Shown here piece by piece: positions 1-10,732 of a stretch of 64,000 nucleotides of DNA; within the stretch, counting starts at the first letter, position 1, and each line of letters begins with the position of its first letter. The notes beneath the pieces are model-generated. The model did no database searches. It worked only from the letters and a program-made list of their open reading frames with translations, and was not told the origin of the DNA. Source of the DNA: an uncultured Gammaproteobacteria bacterium (GTDB taxonomy: Bacteria; Patescibacteriota; Patescibacteriia; CAZGFX01); the NCBI GenBank assembly GCA_964524845.1, contig CAZGFX010000003.1:31051-95050 (forward strand), read 5' to 3'. A program made the position numbers and the translations under genes.

Positions 1-10
1 ACTGTATCAC

Positions 11-439
11 GTGTTCATGCTTTTACTTCTTAATATTGCGGAACCGGGACAGTACATAATCGGAATACTCGGAAGTCTGCTTTACGTTACACTATCTATT
101 TTCTTCTACAAAAAAACTAGTAAAGAAAGAGTATTTTCTTTTACCGAAAAGAAGCTGGACAAAACGACCGGGAAGTTGATAAAAAAGGAACGATCTCACG
201 GGTGGATGCTTCCACTTGCAATGATTGCGAGTTTTTTACTTCTCAGTCTATTAAGGAACACGCCGGTGTTAGATATTGCAGAGATACTCTTTTATATTAC
301 GATTATTGTCTTTGTAATATATTTAAGAATTGAAAGGAAAAATAAAAAACTCCCTATAATATATTCAATAATCGAAGAAATGTATAAAAAATCGAAGAAA
401 TGTATAAAAAATTTCTTATGGAACAGTAAAGACAGCTAA
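11..439 (+). CDS. membrane protein, 5'-truncated by window edge
   Basis: ORF with several hydrophobic segments; followed by hairpins at 445-497. Confidence 0.6.
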   Translation: MFMLLLLNIAEPGQYIIGILGSLLYVTLSIFFYKKTSKERVFSFTEKKLDKTTGKLIKKERSHGWMLPLAMIASFLLLSLLRNTPVLDIAEILFYITIIVFVIYLRIERKNKKLPIIYSIIEEMYKKSKKCIKNFLWNSKDS

Positions 440-556
440 AACAAAAGGCTTCTAAGCCTGTTAATAAGTCAATCGCTAAAAACGATTGACTTTTTTATTA
501 CTTTATGGTAAGAATTAAGGATTTAAATAAAACAAAAAAATAAAAAAGGAGAAAAA

Positions 557-1861
557 ATGTACAATTCAATTAATGAGCTTTTGCTCTTTTCAATCAACAG
601 CGACACGTTCATTAGTTTGAGCATAATTGTCGCAATATTTATTGTCTTCATATGGTGTCTTCTTATTCTCACATCAAAAAAAGATCTTGGTCTTGAGTAT
701 GTTGTTGGGTTTATTGTTTTAATATACGGAATATTTGTTTTTTATCCGTATATGCAAAACTCAATTAAAAATTCTTTTTTGCTGTTCGATAGTCCAGCGA
801 AAAACATTGGACTCACGGCAAACGACCTGCTCGTCCCTGTGATACTTGTCGTAATATCGCTCATGATCATGACTCTTGTCAGACCAGCGATTGACAAGTT
901 TTACAGAATTTATGGACACCAGACATTTTTATGGATTTCGTTCCGAAAAAAAGTCATAGACTTGATCGTTTCTGGAAAGACCAAAAAGACAGACAAGCAA
1001 AATGAGTTTCGTTTTTGGAAGTTCTGGAAAACGTTTCAAGTGATGTTTTATACATCCTTGTCTCTTTTTTTGGTATATGGATTATTGGACGGCTGTATGA
1101 ACGGCATATGGTTAGCAACACAGATAAACAACTTGTTTTATGTCGTTGTAATGATTCTCCTTTTCAATTTATTGTATAAAATAATAGGAGGAATTTACAT
1201 GTCTGGATTTGTAAATCAACCATTCAAAAGGCTTCCAATCAGATTTCAAAAAAGAGAAGAACTGCTGGCTTTCGTATCAAACAACACGGAACAAGATACG
1301 AAAAACAGAGGAGATAATCCATTATATGTCTGGCCACTGAAGATAATAATCGCTCTTGCCTCTATTATTGTCATGTGGTTCCTATATGAAGTATGGAAGG
1401 CCGGTATAACAAGGTTTTTCGGGAACTATCAGGAATTTGTCAGACTGAGTATATATGGTATTGGTGACAGAGGAGGATTAGACTTTATTATCCACTTCCT
1501 TTGGTTCCCGTTCAAATCTGTTGCAATAATACTTTTTAGTATTATAACTTTAAACAAGTTTATAATACCTGATATGCGTATTATTTCTAACTTGAAAGAT
1601 TCTGGAATTGTTGGACCAAAATCCATTTACAATACCAGGGGTGTAATAGAATATTGCGACTTCGAACACTCTTCGAGTTCCATCCTCGCAATATTCGGGT
1701 GGATTATCGCTTCTGTTGGGATATTTTATCCCGTTGTACTCGGAATATTCATGTTTTTCATGATATTCAGAAGTTACAGCGCGATAGACTTGTATAATCT
1801 ATCTCAACCTGAGCTATCTGAGAAGAAAAAAGCATCTTCTTCGAGGCTTGCGACAACTTAG
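557..1861 (+). CDS. multi-pass membrane protein, ORFan-like
   Basis: 434 aa ORF with many TM segments; AAGGAG SD, TTGACT at 486, terminator ~1879-1910. Confidence 0.75.
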   Translation: MYNSINELLLFSINSDTFISLSIIVAIFIVFIWCLLILTSKKDLGLEYVVGFIVLIYGIFVFYPYMQNSIKNSFLLFDSPAKNIGLTANDLLVPVILVVISLMIMTLVRPAIDKFYRIYGHQTFLWISFRKKVIDLIVSGKTKKTDKQNEFRFWKFWKTFQVMFYTSLSLFLVYGLLDGCMNGIWLATQINNLFYVVVMILLFNLLYKIIGGIYMSGFVNQPFKRLPIRFQKREELLAFVSNNTEQDTKNRGDNPLYVWPLKIIIALASIIVMWFLYEVWKAGITRFFGNYQEFVRLSIYGIGDRGGLDFIIHFLWFPFKSVAIILFSIITLNKFIIPDMRIISNLKDSGIVGPKSIYNTRGVIEYCDFEHSSSSILAIFGWIIASVGIFYPVVLGIFMFFMIFRSYSAIDLYNLSQPELSEKKKASSSRLATT

Positions 1862-1933
1862 TGCAAACAAAAACATCAAAAGCTTGGAAATATCTTCCAA
1901 GCTTTTTTATTTGTTCAATTATGTTTTTCTAAA

Positions 1934-2620
1934 TTATTTTTTGATTAAAAATGTTTTTCCACTAGGACAATATTTAAACAACTTGCACTCCAAACATCTC
2001 GGAGAGCGCGCCATACACACCCTCCTTCCATGATTCATAAACCAATGCGATATTATTCTCCAGTGTTTTTTTGGTATGATCTTCATCAAGTCCAATTCAA
2101 TTTTTACAGGATTTTTGTGTTGAGTAAGACCAAGCCGCTGAGAAAGACGTATTACATGTGTATCAACAACGATCCCGACAGGAGTACCAAACCCGTCTCC
2201 AAGAACAACGTTTGCGGTTTTTCTAGCGACTCCTCGAAGCGTAAGAAGCTCTTCCATCGTAGATGGAACCTTGTTGTCATATTCTTCAACGATGCGCGCG
2301 CACGCCTCGTGAATCGCACGAGCTTTCATATTGAAAAAATTAATCGAGGAGATATCGCGAGCTATTTTTTTCACGGGCGTGCGCGCGAAATCCCCAGGTG
2401 ATTTATATTTTTTAAAAAGTTCCTTTGTTACAATATTAACTCGAGTATCCGTACATTGAGCCGATAGTATAACCGCTATAAGCAATTGAAATACGTTTTT
2501 GTAATTAAGTGCAGTATGAGTATCCGGGTATAATCTATTTAAAATATTAATAATAGATACAATTCTTTTTTTCTTCGATTGTTTTTTATTTATAACTGAT
2601 TTATTTCTTTTTTTATTCAT
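1934..2620 (-). CDS. nth: endonuclease III
   Basis: LIAVILSAQCTD, HhH LRGVARKTAN, VDTHV, C-terminal 4Fe-4S Cys cluster; start placed at ATG overlapping the upstream gene's stop. Confidence 0.95.
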   Translation of the reverse strand: MNKKRNKSVINKKQSKKKRIVSIINILNRLYPDTHTALNYKNVFQLLIAVILSAQCTDTRVNIVTKELFKKYKSPGDFARTPVKKIARDISSINFFNMKARAIHEACARIVEEYDNKVPSTMEELLTLRGVARKTANVVLGDGFGTPVGIVVDTHVIRLSQRLGLTQHKNPVKIELDLMKIIPKKHWRIISHWFMNHGRRVCMARSPRCLECKLFKYCPSGKTFLIKK

Positions 2621-4109
2621 ATCTTGTCTCCGTAAATCTACGAACAAGAGCATCGGAATTATCAATCGGAAGTCCATATCTGGAAAAAACCTCGTTTACA
2701 TCATATCTATCACCTTCTTTCCAAAGCAAAACCAAAAATTCGGATGCTGATGGATTTTCAAACCACAAATCTCCAAAAGTGTTTTTAAGATATTCCGCGA
2801 GCGTTACTTCATTCATCCATGCTCGAAGATAATCTGCCGAATAAAAACCATCATCTTGATCAAATAAATAACTCTCTGCATCATATGTAAGTCCGGTATA
2901 TGCATTGAGTTTTGTCGTATAAAAATCACTATCAGAAAAATCGCCTTTCGCGAAGAAATCGAGCTCCGCCTCAAGAATACCTATATAACGTATAAACACC
3001 ATTAAATTAAAAAATGTATATCTGGAATTAATAATCCTCGCTGTTTCTTTGTTAATTGAGAATGTTTTTTCAAGCCACAATGGATCAATTGAGAGGTTTT
3101 CAAACAAAAAAGAAAAAACCTCGCTGAAAACATTCGTTCGACCAAGATTTTTTTCTGCAAAAGAAAGAGATGGGGATGCATGTGAATAATGAAGACCGTG
3201 ACCAAGTTCATGCATGAGGTCCATAACATCATCAAAACCACCCTCTGATTTTGTAAGCACACGAACATCGTGAGGAGGATTAACAGGCCAACACGAAGCG
3301 CGCGCACTCTTCCCTTCTCTAAACTCACTATCTACACGAAGTCCTGGAATTTTAGACAGATCAAAACTTTGACGTAAAAAAGCCGAGGAAATGGCAGGAA
3401 AAATTTTTTCTTTTGAAAAAAGCCCATCAAAAGAGTCTTCGTACATTATATAAAGTACGTGCGCGCGAGACAAGCCTCGAAAAGATCTTCCTGTTTTTTT
3501 ATTAGAAACGATCTCCATTTGTTCTTCGTATATTGATTTGAGCTTTTTGTAAGTTTCTCGCATATTAATACGAACATCCTCGTGAGAGTATTTTTTCATT
3601 ACATCATTGCATTCGATAATTGAATTGGTATTTGTTAAACGCAACAACTCTGGAACCTGAATTTCAAGTGTTTTTTTGTTTAATTCAGTATATTCTTTTT
3701 TATAAGGTATCAAACTATTATACAAAACTTCTCGCTCAGAAAAATCATTTGTTTTTCGAAGTAATGTTGGAACATCTTGTACGTGCAAAGTTGAATCATT
3801 GTATTCTACTACGCTATTTGCTGAAAGTTCTGATAATTTTTGCTCCATATCAGCAGTCTTTGAATCAATAATATGTCCCATGACAGCGTAATAAAGGCGT
3901 TCGCTGTTTTCTCTTTGTCTAGAATTTGAACATTCCTCAATCTCTTTTTTCAAATCAACAAGTTTTTTCTCATCGGCAATATCTTCATACTTTTTCATTA
4001 TTGATTCGTATGAGCTCTCTTTCGATATACCCGCAACAAGATCATATTCATCATTCATGATCTCTTCTTGAAGTTCTTGCAAACGCTTTTCAATTGTATC
4101 GCTTATCAT
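2613..4109 (-). CDS. M3/oligoendopeptidase F-like zinc metallopeptidase
   Basis: HELGHGLH zincin motif with downstream E (FSEVFS). Confidence 0.7.
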   Translation of the reverse strand: MISDTIEKRLQELQEEIMNDEYDLVAGISKESSYESIMKKYEDIADEKKLVDLKKEIEECSNSRQRENSERLYYAVMGHIIDSKTADMEQKLSELSANSVVEYNDSTLHVQDVPTLLRKTNDFSEREVLYNSLIPYKKEYTELNKKTLEIQVPELLRLTNTNSIIECNDVMKKYSHEDVRINMRETYKKLKSIYEEQMEIVSNKKTGRSFRGLSRAHVLYIMYEDSFDGLFSKEKIFPAISSAFLRQSFDLSKIPGLRVDSEFREGKSARASCWPVNPPHDVRVLTKSEGGFDDVMDLMHELGHGLHYSHASPSLSFAEKNLGRTNVFSEVFSFLFENLSIDPLWLEKTFSINKETARIINSRYTFFNLMVFIRYIGILEAELDFFAKGDFSDSDFYTTKLNAYTGLTYDAESYLFDQDDGFYSADYLRAWMNEVTLAEYLKNTFGDLWFENPSASEFLVLLWKEGDRYDVNEVFSRYGLPIDNSDALVRRFTETRYE

Positions 4110-4267
4110 AATATATATGTGTATAGTGTAACAATATCATAAATTTCTAAAACAAAAAACCGCAAAATTTTTAATTTGCGGAGCGAGTGGTGACGTGACG
4201 GGGCGAGAATCCTAGAAAAAATATTAAATTATGTTGCTGTGCCATCCGTAGCGCGAAGCGCGTAGGA

Positions 4268-4343
4268 TGGAGGCATGGACGGGATTCGAACCCGTGATAG
4301 AGGTTTTGCAGACCTCGGCCTTAACCAACTTGGCTACCATGCC
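4268..4343 (-). tRNA. tRNA-Cys(GCA)
   Basis: cloverleaf, anticodon arm GAGGT-CTGCAAA-ACCTC, encoded CCA. Confidence 0.95.
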
Positions 4344-4448
4344 ATAAAAAACAAATCTATTATATATAAGAAAGTGTGTAAAATCAACACAAATCAATGC
4401 TTTACATATTGAATATATATATTATATTCGCTATTATATACACGTTAT

Positions 4449-4523
4449 GCGAGTGTCGTATAGCGGTTATTATGCCTGCCTTCCAAGCAGGCGACGGCGG
4501 TTCGACTCCGCTCACTCGCTCCA
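4449..4523 (+). tRNA. tRNA-Gly(TCC)
   Basis: cloverleaf, CCTGC-CTTCCAA-GCAGG, GGTTCGA T-loop, CCA. Confidence 0.95.
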
Positions 4524-4611
4524 AAAGACCGTAAGCTTTCCTAAGCTAACGGTTTTTTGTTACAAAAACACAAAAGAACATGATATACTGAGCCCATAAT
4601 ATGTCTAAATT

Positions 4612-5793
4612 ATGACAAAGATTTTTATAAGTATTGGTATTACACTTTTTCTAACAGGATGTTTTGGAGCTGACTTTTCTCTTTTTTCTTCAATTGAAAA
4701 AGAAACACTTGCTTCTGATGTTACTAAACAGTTGGAAAACAAAACACTTACCACCACCCAAAAAACAGAAATACCAGTTGTAATAAAACGAGTTCCACTT
4801 CCGGAAGAAGTTCGCGGTATGTATTGGACAGTAACTACAGCCGGATCAACAAAACGAGCTGATCAGCTTATTTCATATATGGAAAAATACGGTTTAAATA
4901 CCGTCGTCATAGATCTAAAAGCAGATGATGGATCTCTTGGTTTTGTGCCAAACACAGACTCAATAAAAAAATATAAAGCAAAAAATACTATAATAAAAGA
5001 TCTTGATGGTTTACTATCCAAGCTTGCCGACAAAAATATTTATCGTATAGCTCGCATCGCTATCATGCGCGACAACATGTTCGCTACCAAAAATCCCGCG
5101 GTCTCGCTTCATACAAAAAACGGAAAGATTTGGTATGACAAAATAGGATCTCTCTGGCTCGATCCGGCCGCACCTGAGGTTATAGAATACGCCCGCCTCC
5201 TAGCAGAAGAAGCGTATGCTCGTGGATTTGATGAAATACAGTTTGATTATGTCAGATTCCCTTCTGACGGAAGTATTTCATCTATCGTATATCCTGTATA
5301 TAACTCCGCGACACAAACAAAAATAGGTGTGATGCAGAATTTTTTTAAAACACTCGGGGGAGGTTTGCAAGCCAAAAAAATACCCGTTTCATTCGATGTG
5401 TTTGGTATGACATTCTGGTCAACAAATGATTACGGCATCGGCCAACGCCTGATTGATGTATATCCATACACTGACTTTGTATCTCCGATGCCATACCCTT
5501 CTCACTATCCAAATGGCTTCGAAGGATACAAAAACCCAGCTCTTTATCCTTATGAAATTATAAAAAAGACTCTTGATAAAGGAGTTGAAATGATCCAAAA
5601 AGAAATTGGCGCACCTCCTGAGGAGATAAAGAAAAAAATACGACCGTGGCTTCAAGACTTTGATCTTGGCGCAGTATACACAGCGGAACGAATCGAGGCC
5701 GAAATAAAAGCATCGCGTGATGCAGGCTCGTCCGGTTGGATACTCTGGAACGCCCGTAACGTCTACGAACCCGCGAATTACACAAAAAAGTAA
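4612..5793 (+). CDS. putative glycoside hydrolase lipoprotein (DUF4015-like TIM barrel)
   Basis: lipobox LTGC; NTVVIDLK, WLDP, GFDEIQFDYVRFP, RPWLQDF motifs. Confidence 0.8.
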   Translation: MTKIFISIGITLFLTGCFGADFSLFSSIEKETLASDVTKQLENKTLTTTQKTEIPVVIKRVPLPEEVRGMYWTVTTAGSTKRADQLISYMEKYGLNTVVIDLKADDGSLGFVPNTDSIKKYKAKNTIIKDLDGLLSKLADKNIYRIARIAIMRDNMFATKNPAVSLHTKNGKIWYDKIGSLWLDPAAPEVIEYARLLAEEAYARGFDEIQFDYVRFPSDGSISSIVYPVYNSATQTKIGVMQNFFKTLGGGLQAKKIPVSFDVFGMTFWSTNDYGIGQRLIDVYPYTDFVSPMPYPSHYPNGFEGYKNPALYPYEIIKKTLDKGVEMIQKEIGAPPEEIKKKIRPWLQDFDLGAVYTAERIEAEIKASRDAGSSGWILWNARNVYEPANYTKK

Positions 5794-5967
5794 CAGAAAA
5801 ACACCATGTGTTTTTGATAATGTTTTTACATTATTTGGCTAATAATAGTCACGACTTTAATATTGACAAAAAGGCATAATTTGTATTATCATTACACGAT
5901 TGCTCATTGAAAGAAAATAAATAAACAAAAATTAAATTGTCTTTATAGACAAGAAAGCGAGGCTATT

Positions 5968-7371
5968 ATGTCACTGTGTCCGGATAATATCGGTGGTTCG
6001 TCTCATGAAGAAAAACTAGAAACAACCACACAGCAAGAATCATTTAATTATGAACGCGGTGTGTCACTGACAATCAATGGCGGAAAGAACGAACTTGATT
6101 CCGCGACCATCCCTATACAGTGGTGGTTTGATAAAAAGACAATAAAAAAGAAGCCGAAATACGTTCTGATTATAGAACAAAACGAAAAAGAATCTCGTTC
6201 TTCTGCCAACTGTAAAAACGGAAGAAGATATTTATGCGAAGTAACAGAAGGAGTAAAATATTTACAAATATTCTCTTCCGGATATCACAGATTAATGGTA
6301 ATTGTGTTTGATTCTTCTGTAAAACTATCAGAAATTCAACGCTTAATAGCAAAAGAAAAAAACATATATACTGATCTTTTTTATGAATATCACTTATATT
6401 TCAGAGCCGAAAACGACCATGAAGAAATAACCGGTTTAAGTTTAACTGATAACAAATACATTTCATGGGCGGTAACAGAATTTACAGTTCCAGAAGAATT
6501 GTTTGCCAAAAGACCAAGTACAAAAACGGGTGGATGGATATGGAACTGGGCAAATGAGTGGTACAAAAAGGATCCAATTGATGAATGCGCTTACAGAAAA
6601 AGGAAAATATTCGCATTCACATTAAAACCACTTTTGGTCCTCTTTTTTTCTGTGCTTAAGCTTACATGGTTCTTAATAAAAAACAGTATGTTTTGGTCGA
6701 TATACGGATTGATGTGGCTCTTGTATTTCTTCTTTGGATGCAGAATGGTTGGGCCGCAAGATTTTAAAGAATGTTTTGATGGAGGAATTCCCGGATTAAA
6801 AGAACTTCTTTATATCCAGCAGAAATATTTAGAAAAATCTGATGGTAACACTGACTGGACAAAACCCGTTAAAAAATACAAAAGCTGGAGTATTGTAAAA
6901 GACAAAAATGGAAATGAAAGAATTAGAAAAATGCCATTTTCTCCATTTGAGTTATCTGTCTTCACCGGGGTATTAATGTTCTTTATCTTTGTTCTTCCAA
7001 AAATTGATATTTCGATATCGGTAGCTGATGAGACGCTTTTGATGGCTTTGTTAATCATTATTGGAATCTCTGTCTTATTTTTTATCATTACTATGTATGT
7101 GAAAAATCTTTTCAATTTCAAAATAAACATCAAAGAATATAAGAAGGACAGGAGACTCAAAAAGGAACAAGAAAAAGAAAAAAGAATTGTTTTAGCGGTA
7201 AGTGCATATGAGAATTGGCTTGAAAAATATATGAATCGGGTACAAAAAACGGAAATCGTCGACATAAGACATCTTCCTCCTCCGCCACAAAAAACAGAAA
7301 GGATCATCCGAGCTTTTAGGGTTGCTTTTTGGGCAACTAAGGCAAAAGTATGTAAACCATACGCCAAATAA
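5968..7371 (+). CDS. hypothetical membrane protein
   Basis: 467 aa ORF with TM segments; TTGACA promoter at 5863, GAGG SD, terminator ~7396-7428. Confidence 0.75.
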   Translation: MSLCPDNIGGSSHEEKLETTTQQESFNYERGVSLTINGGKNELDSATIPIQWWFDKKTIKKKPKYVLIIEQNEKESRSSANCKNGRRYLCEVTEGVKYLQIFSSGYHRLMVIVFDSSVKLSEIQRLIAKEKNIYTDLFYEYHLYFRAENDHEEITGLSLTDNKYISWAVTEFTVPEELFAKRPSTKTGGWIWNWANEWYKKDPIDECAYRKRKIFAFTLKPLLVLFFSVLKLTWFLIKNSMFWSIYGLMWLLYFFFGCRMVGPQDFKECFDGGIPGLKELLYIQQKYLEKSDGNTDWTKPVKKYKSWSIVKDKNGNERIRKMPFSPFELSVFTGVLMFFIFVLPKIDISISVADETLLMALLIIIGISVLFFIITMYVKNLFNFKINIKEYKKDRRLKKEQEKEKRIVLAVSAYENWLEKYMNRVQKTEIVDIRHLPPPPQKTERIIRAFRVAFWATKAKVCKPYAK

Positions 7372-7494
7372 AAAACAATTTTGCAATCAAACTACACTCG
7401 TCCTATAACACAGGACGAGTTTTTTTATTTTTATTACATAAATAAGTTTCGTAAAACAAAAAAGGGTGGTAATTTACCACCCCTTTTTAATTAA

Positions 7495-8073
7495 TTAAAA
7501 CAATTTTGTTTTTTCAATTTTATCGATAAATCCCATTTTTAGCGCATTTTCAGGAGTAATTCTCTCCCTAAGCTTATCTCCACGACGCATGAGCTGTTTA
7601 ATGGTTTTAATGCTTTGTCCAGATCGATCTGAAAGAATTGAGTTTAGTCTTTTTTGTAGGTAAAGGCTTCTTGTAAAGTTAATTTCTATTTTTTTTCTAT
7701 ATTCTGGCGCTAAACGCACTTTTAATTCACTTTCAATCTCGTGAAAAAACAACCAACTACTAGGATAGAGTATTCTTGTTGTACACGCTTGCAAAATAGT
7801 AACTGCAATCGAAGCACATTGTCCGTTAACAATTCCAATTACTTGTTTCTGTGACAAACTAATAATATCATACAAAGCGAGTCCTGCATCAACTGATCCA
7901 CCACTAGAATCAATAAATAATTTAATGTCTTTGTGTTTTGTGATATTTTGCAAAATAAATAATTTTGATCTTATCGTGTCCAACAATTCCTTATTAACTT
8001 CTCCTTGTAATATAATTACACCTTTTTCGAACAAAAGATCTTCTGCCTGTTCATTTAATTTTTGCTTATCCAT
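7495..8073 (-). CDS. divergent ClpP-like protease paralog
   Basis: IDSSGGSV, CASIA (catalytic Ser), FFHE, ALKMGFID; start after AAGGAG SD. Confidence 0.85.
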   Translation of the reverse strand: MDKQKLNEQAEDLLFEKGVIILQGEVNKELLDTIRSKLFILQNITKHKDIKLFIDSSGGSVDAGLALYDIISLSQKQVIGIVNGQCASIAVTILQACTTRILYPSSWLFFHEIESELKVRLAPEYRKKIEINFTRSLYLQKRLNSILSDRSGQSIKTIKQLMRRGDKLRERITPENALKMGFIDKIEKTKLF

Positions 8074-8254
8074 TTTGTAACTCCTTGCCCCGCCAGAGGC
8101 GGTGTTTTTTTTAATAAATGTGTATTTTAATATTCGCATTTTTATCATACTAATGTACACTAATAATATCCATAAGTCAATAGTTTAAAATGGCTTAAAC
8201 AAGAAAAAATACACCTTTTCAAAAAGATGTATTTTTTAATTTAGTTTGAGTGTT

Positions 8255-9325
8255 TTACGCTACGACAGGAGGAACTTCAGGCTCTTCTATGGATTTCTCC
8301 GTCTTAACATTTGGTTTGAATCCTTCTGTTTTTACAACTTGAGCAACGTCTTTCATAATGCGTTCAAATGCCTTCTTGTCCTCTTTCAAGAAGATTCGCA
8401 CCGCCTCTCTGCCAACACCAAGCTTCTCTTCTTTATATGTGTAACTGTTTCCTGATTTCTTGATCGTCCCATACTTCACTCCGAGATCTAAAAGATCACC
8501 TGACAATGAAATGCCTTCGTCAAACATAATATCAAACTCTGTTGTACGGAACGGTGGCGCGACTTTATTTTTAACCACTTTTACCTTCACCCTGCTTCCA
8601 ACAATGTCATCTCCTCTTTTTATCTGCGCGGCCTTTCTGATCTCTAGACGTACAGTCGCATAAAACTTGAGAGCATTTCCACCTGTGGTCGTCTCAGGAT
8701 TTCCGAAAAACACTCCTATCTTCATGCGTGTCTGATTGATAAACACTACGATCGTCTTCGTCTTATTAACTATACCGGCCAACTTACGAAGTGCTTGTGA
8801 CATAAGACGAGCCTGAAGTCCCATGTGCTGATCTCCCATCTCACCTTCGATTTCCGCCTTCGGCACAAGTGCCGCTACAGAATCAACAACGATCACATCA
8901 ACGCTATTTGAACGAACAAGCGTCTCAACGATTTCGAGAGCCTGCTCACCATTATCAGGTTGTGAGATATATAAATTATTTATATTGACTCCGATCTTCT
9001 TCGCATAATCAGGGTCAAGTGAGTTCTCCGCGTCAACATACGCCGCGAGTCCTCCTTGTCTCTGTACTTCAGAAACGATATGGAGCGCGAGTGTCGTCTT
9101 ACCGGAACTCTCCGGACCATATACCTCAATTATACGACCTCTCGGAACTCCCATAACTCCGAGCGCGAGATCAAGTGACAGACAGCCTGTCGATACAGCA
9201 TCAACACTCATCGCTTTTGCATCGCCAAGCTTCATGATCGCTCCATCACCAAAACGTTGTTTGATTTGATCCATCGCCTGCTCAGCAACGGATAATTTAG
9301 TTGAAACTTCTTCTTTTTTTACCAT
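8255..9325 (-). CDS. recA: recombinase RecA
   Basis: [27 protein letters not shown] motifs. Confidence 0.99.
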   Translation of the reverse strand: MVKKEEVSTKLSVAEQAMDQIKQRFGDGAIMKLGDAKAMSVDAVSTGCLSLDLALGVMGVPRGRIIEVYGPESSGKTTLALHIVSEVQRQGGLAAYVDAENSLDPDYAKKIGVNINNLYISQPDNGEQALEIVETLVRSNSVDVIVVDSVAALVPKAEIEGEMGDQHMGLQARLMSQALRKLAGIVNKTKTIVVFINQTRMKIGVFFGNPETTTGGNALKFYATVRLEIRKAAQIKRGDDIVGSRVKVKVVKNKVAPPFRTTEFDIMFDEGISLSGDLLDLGVKYGTIKKSGNSYTYKEEKLGVGREAVRIFLKEDKKAFERIMKDVAQVVKTEGFKPNVKTEKSIEEPEVPPVVA

Positions 9326-9545
9326 ATATATTTAGATTTTACACCACGCTTTCACGGAAAACAAACGCACGATATTTTTTTGATACAAAAAAAGACGCTC
9401 GTGTCAGTTTGATATACCATACGAAAAGAATGGTCATACCGAATTAGACTTAAGCCTCATTAATATAAGTATACACCAAAACAAAAAAATCAGCCAATAC
9501 AGGCTGAGTTGCAATGTAACAATAAGCTTTTTTAAATAAAAAGCA

Positions 9546-10232
9546 TCACTTCTTCGTCAAAAGATCAGTTCCCATGCCGTTCATTACCATAATCTGAATC
9601 GTCTTCACTTGAGTTCTGCTGTACTTCGTGCGAGCTTCAATTGTCAGCGCATGGTGGCCGGTAACAAAATATACTGTTTCTGAAAATTTTCCTTGTTCAT
9701 CAATATATATTACCTTACCATTGATTGTAAGTTGTGCCTCAGGCTTTGTCTTGCCTGTAATTATAACCGATGTGTCTGTTGTTTTATAATTATCAGCTGG
9801 AGAATATATATCAAGAACCGGTGGCGTCGTAATTGTATATATCTGCCATCCGAGATATCCGAAACATAATACTGATGCGACCGCAATCTGCGCCTTGCGC
9901 CAAAAATCAGGCGTGAAGCCTTTGCGTACCACATTGATTTTTGAAATATGATTATTCTGCTGAGAAGTAGTATGACGAACAACGTGTGTCTCCTCATTAA
10001 ACTTCTGCATCAGAATATTTTCTTCAATCGAATACATCGACGCGATTTTTTTCAGGAAATTTTTTGTGTAAATATCTCCGGGAAGCGTATTAAACGAATT
10101 GTTTTCAAGCGCGTTCAAAAATCTTTCCGGTATCAGTGTCTTTCCGGCAACATAAGAAACAGACCAACCGCATTGCGAGCGGCGATTCCTGATCATTTCT
10201 CCGAATGTTCTGCTAGATAAAATAGTACTCAT
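9546..10232 (-). CDS. RodZ-like HTH membrane protein with C-terminal Ig-like domain
   Basis: N-terminal HTH (FLNALENN..LPGDIY), single TM, beta-rich C-terminus; lies between ftsK and recA. Confidence 0.75.
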   Translation of the reverse strand: MSTILSSRTFGEMIRNRRSQCGWSVSYVAGKTLIPERFLNALENNSFNTLPGDIYTKNFLKKIASMYSIEENILMQKFNEETHVVRHTTSQQNNHISKINVVRKGFTPDFWRKAQIAVASVLCFGYLGWQIYTITTPPVLDIYSPADNYKTTDTSVIITGKTKPEAQLTINGKVIYIDEQGKFSETVYFVTGHHALTIEARTKYSRTQVKTIQIMVMNGMGTDLLTKK

Positions 10233-10426
10233 GGCATGGATGCTTATTGAAAACAATCGTATAAAGTATAATACATTAGAAAACGGGACACCACTGCCCC
10301 TTCCTCTCCTTATAATACAACATTTTTGCTAACTTATCCACAATCTTATCCACTTAATATTTCTAGTATAAAAAAAGCGTTACCCGATTGTCGAATAACG
10401 CTTATGATACAAGGGACAAAATTTAA

Positions 10427-10506
10427 ATGTAGTTAAAAGTTACACGGCAGATGCTGAAATGGTGCAGATTCTGAGACAAACTCAGGATTAAAGATTCGGC
10501 ATGACA
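10427..10506 (-). repeat. REP-like palindromic repeat family A
   Basis: reverse complement of the GTCATGCTGAA...CAGCATCTGCCGTGTAACTTTTAACTACAT units at 15195-15320 and 41410-41570. Confidence 0.8.
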
Positions 10507-10592
10507 GTGTGTAATATAATCCGCAATTCTCCTTCTCGTAATTTCCTCCTCTCATAATTCGTAATTCGCAATCTCCCTCTCGTAATTCGTTC

Positions 10593-10722
10593 ACCCTGTG
10601 AAATAAGATTCGAAACAGGTTGAGGTTTTGTTTATAAATTAATCAAAAATAATTGATTAAACATATATAATAGTAAAAATTAATCCGAATCTTAATTTCA
10701 GGATGAAATTATTTCACAGGGT
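10593..10722. mobile_element. MITE-like element with 14-bp terminal inverted repeats
   Basis: ACCCTGTGAAATAA (10593-10606) / TTATTTCACAGGGT (10709-10722), non-coding interior, embedded in a TCGTAAT heptamer tract. Confidence 0.55.
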
Positions 10723-10732
10723 AAATTCGCAA

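Noticed and set aside
10334-10354. DnaA boxes (TTATCCACA here; also 13887 and 40672) as oriC
   Set aside because: Sparse and dispersed, with no dnaA/dnaN nearby; at most regulatory.
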